Shown in pieces: positions 63,714-64,000 of a stretch of 64,000 bases of DNA; position 1 is the stretch's first letter; each line of letters begins with the position of its first letter. The position numbers were made by a program, and so were the translations under genes. The stretch spans positions 1-64,000 of the forward strand of contig JBFRWI010000208.1 of the NCBI GenBank assembly GCA_051439505.1, written 5' to 3'. The notes under the pieces were generated by a model that was given only the letters and a program-made list of their open reading frames with translations, did not search any database and was not told the origin of the DNA. The DNA is from Hormoscilla sp. (GTDB lineage Bacteria > Cyanobacteriota > Cyanobacteriia > Cyanobacteriales > Desertifilaceae).

Positions 63714-64000
63714 GGGAGATTTGCTGATTGCAGAGGACGAAGTGCGCCTAGCGCTATTCCTGACCTAATGCGATCGCGTTATACTTGGATAAACCATTTG
63801 CGGCCTTGCACAGGGATGATGGTGATATATTTTACCTTTTTGCTAATTGCTAATTGCTAATTGCTAATTGCTCTCTGGACAAAAAGTGAGATCTTTCGAC
63901 ATATCACTGGCAATAATTAATCGTCAACAACCCGTATCATCCCATAATTGTGCAACCCCTACTAAAGGCGTTGCACAACGACGGGATGATACGGGATGTA

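Overview
Chromosomal window from a filamentous (Oscillatoriales-like) cyanobacterium, inferred from very frequent HIP1 GCGATCGC sites and genes such as ndhB, desB, hli, rpoZ and a cyanobacterial-type 6S RNA downstream of purK. A housekeeping backbone (radC, sdhA, msrA, purK, cbiG-cobJ, desB, ndhB, topA, ald, rpoZ, comEC, arsA/get3, urtD, three tRNAs) is interspersed with many short palindromic REP/MITE-like repeats, heptamer tandem repeats and decayed toxin-antitoxin remnants. Four accessory features stand out. (1) A co-oriented small-molecule cluster at 23.5-28.5 kb: an atypical fold-type-I PLP enzyme, a divergent clavaminate-synthase/TauD-like Fe(II)/2OG oxygenase and two tandem-duplicated sarcosine/dimethylglycine-type methyltransferases. 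(2) An island between ndhB and topA: a structured leader, an 'RQGDV' small protein and two LRR-DUF6745-like fusion genes. (3) Palindromic repeats inserted in frame into protein-coding genes (three families in cbiG-cobJ, one in a Fic gene, one at the end of urtD). (4) A ~145-nt structured ncRNA candidate next to the 6S RNA. All family assignments come from motif recognition by eye; no searches were run.
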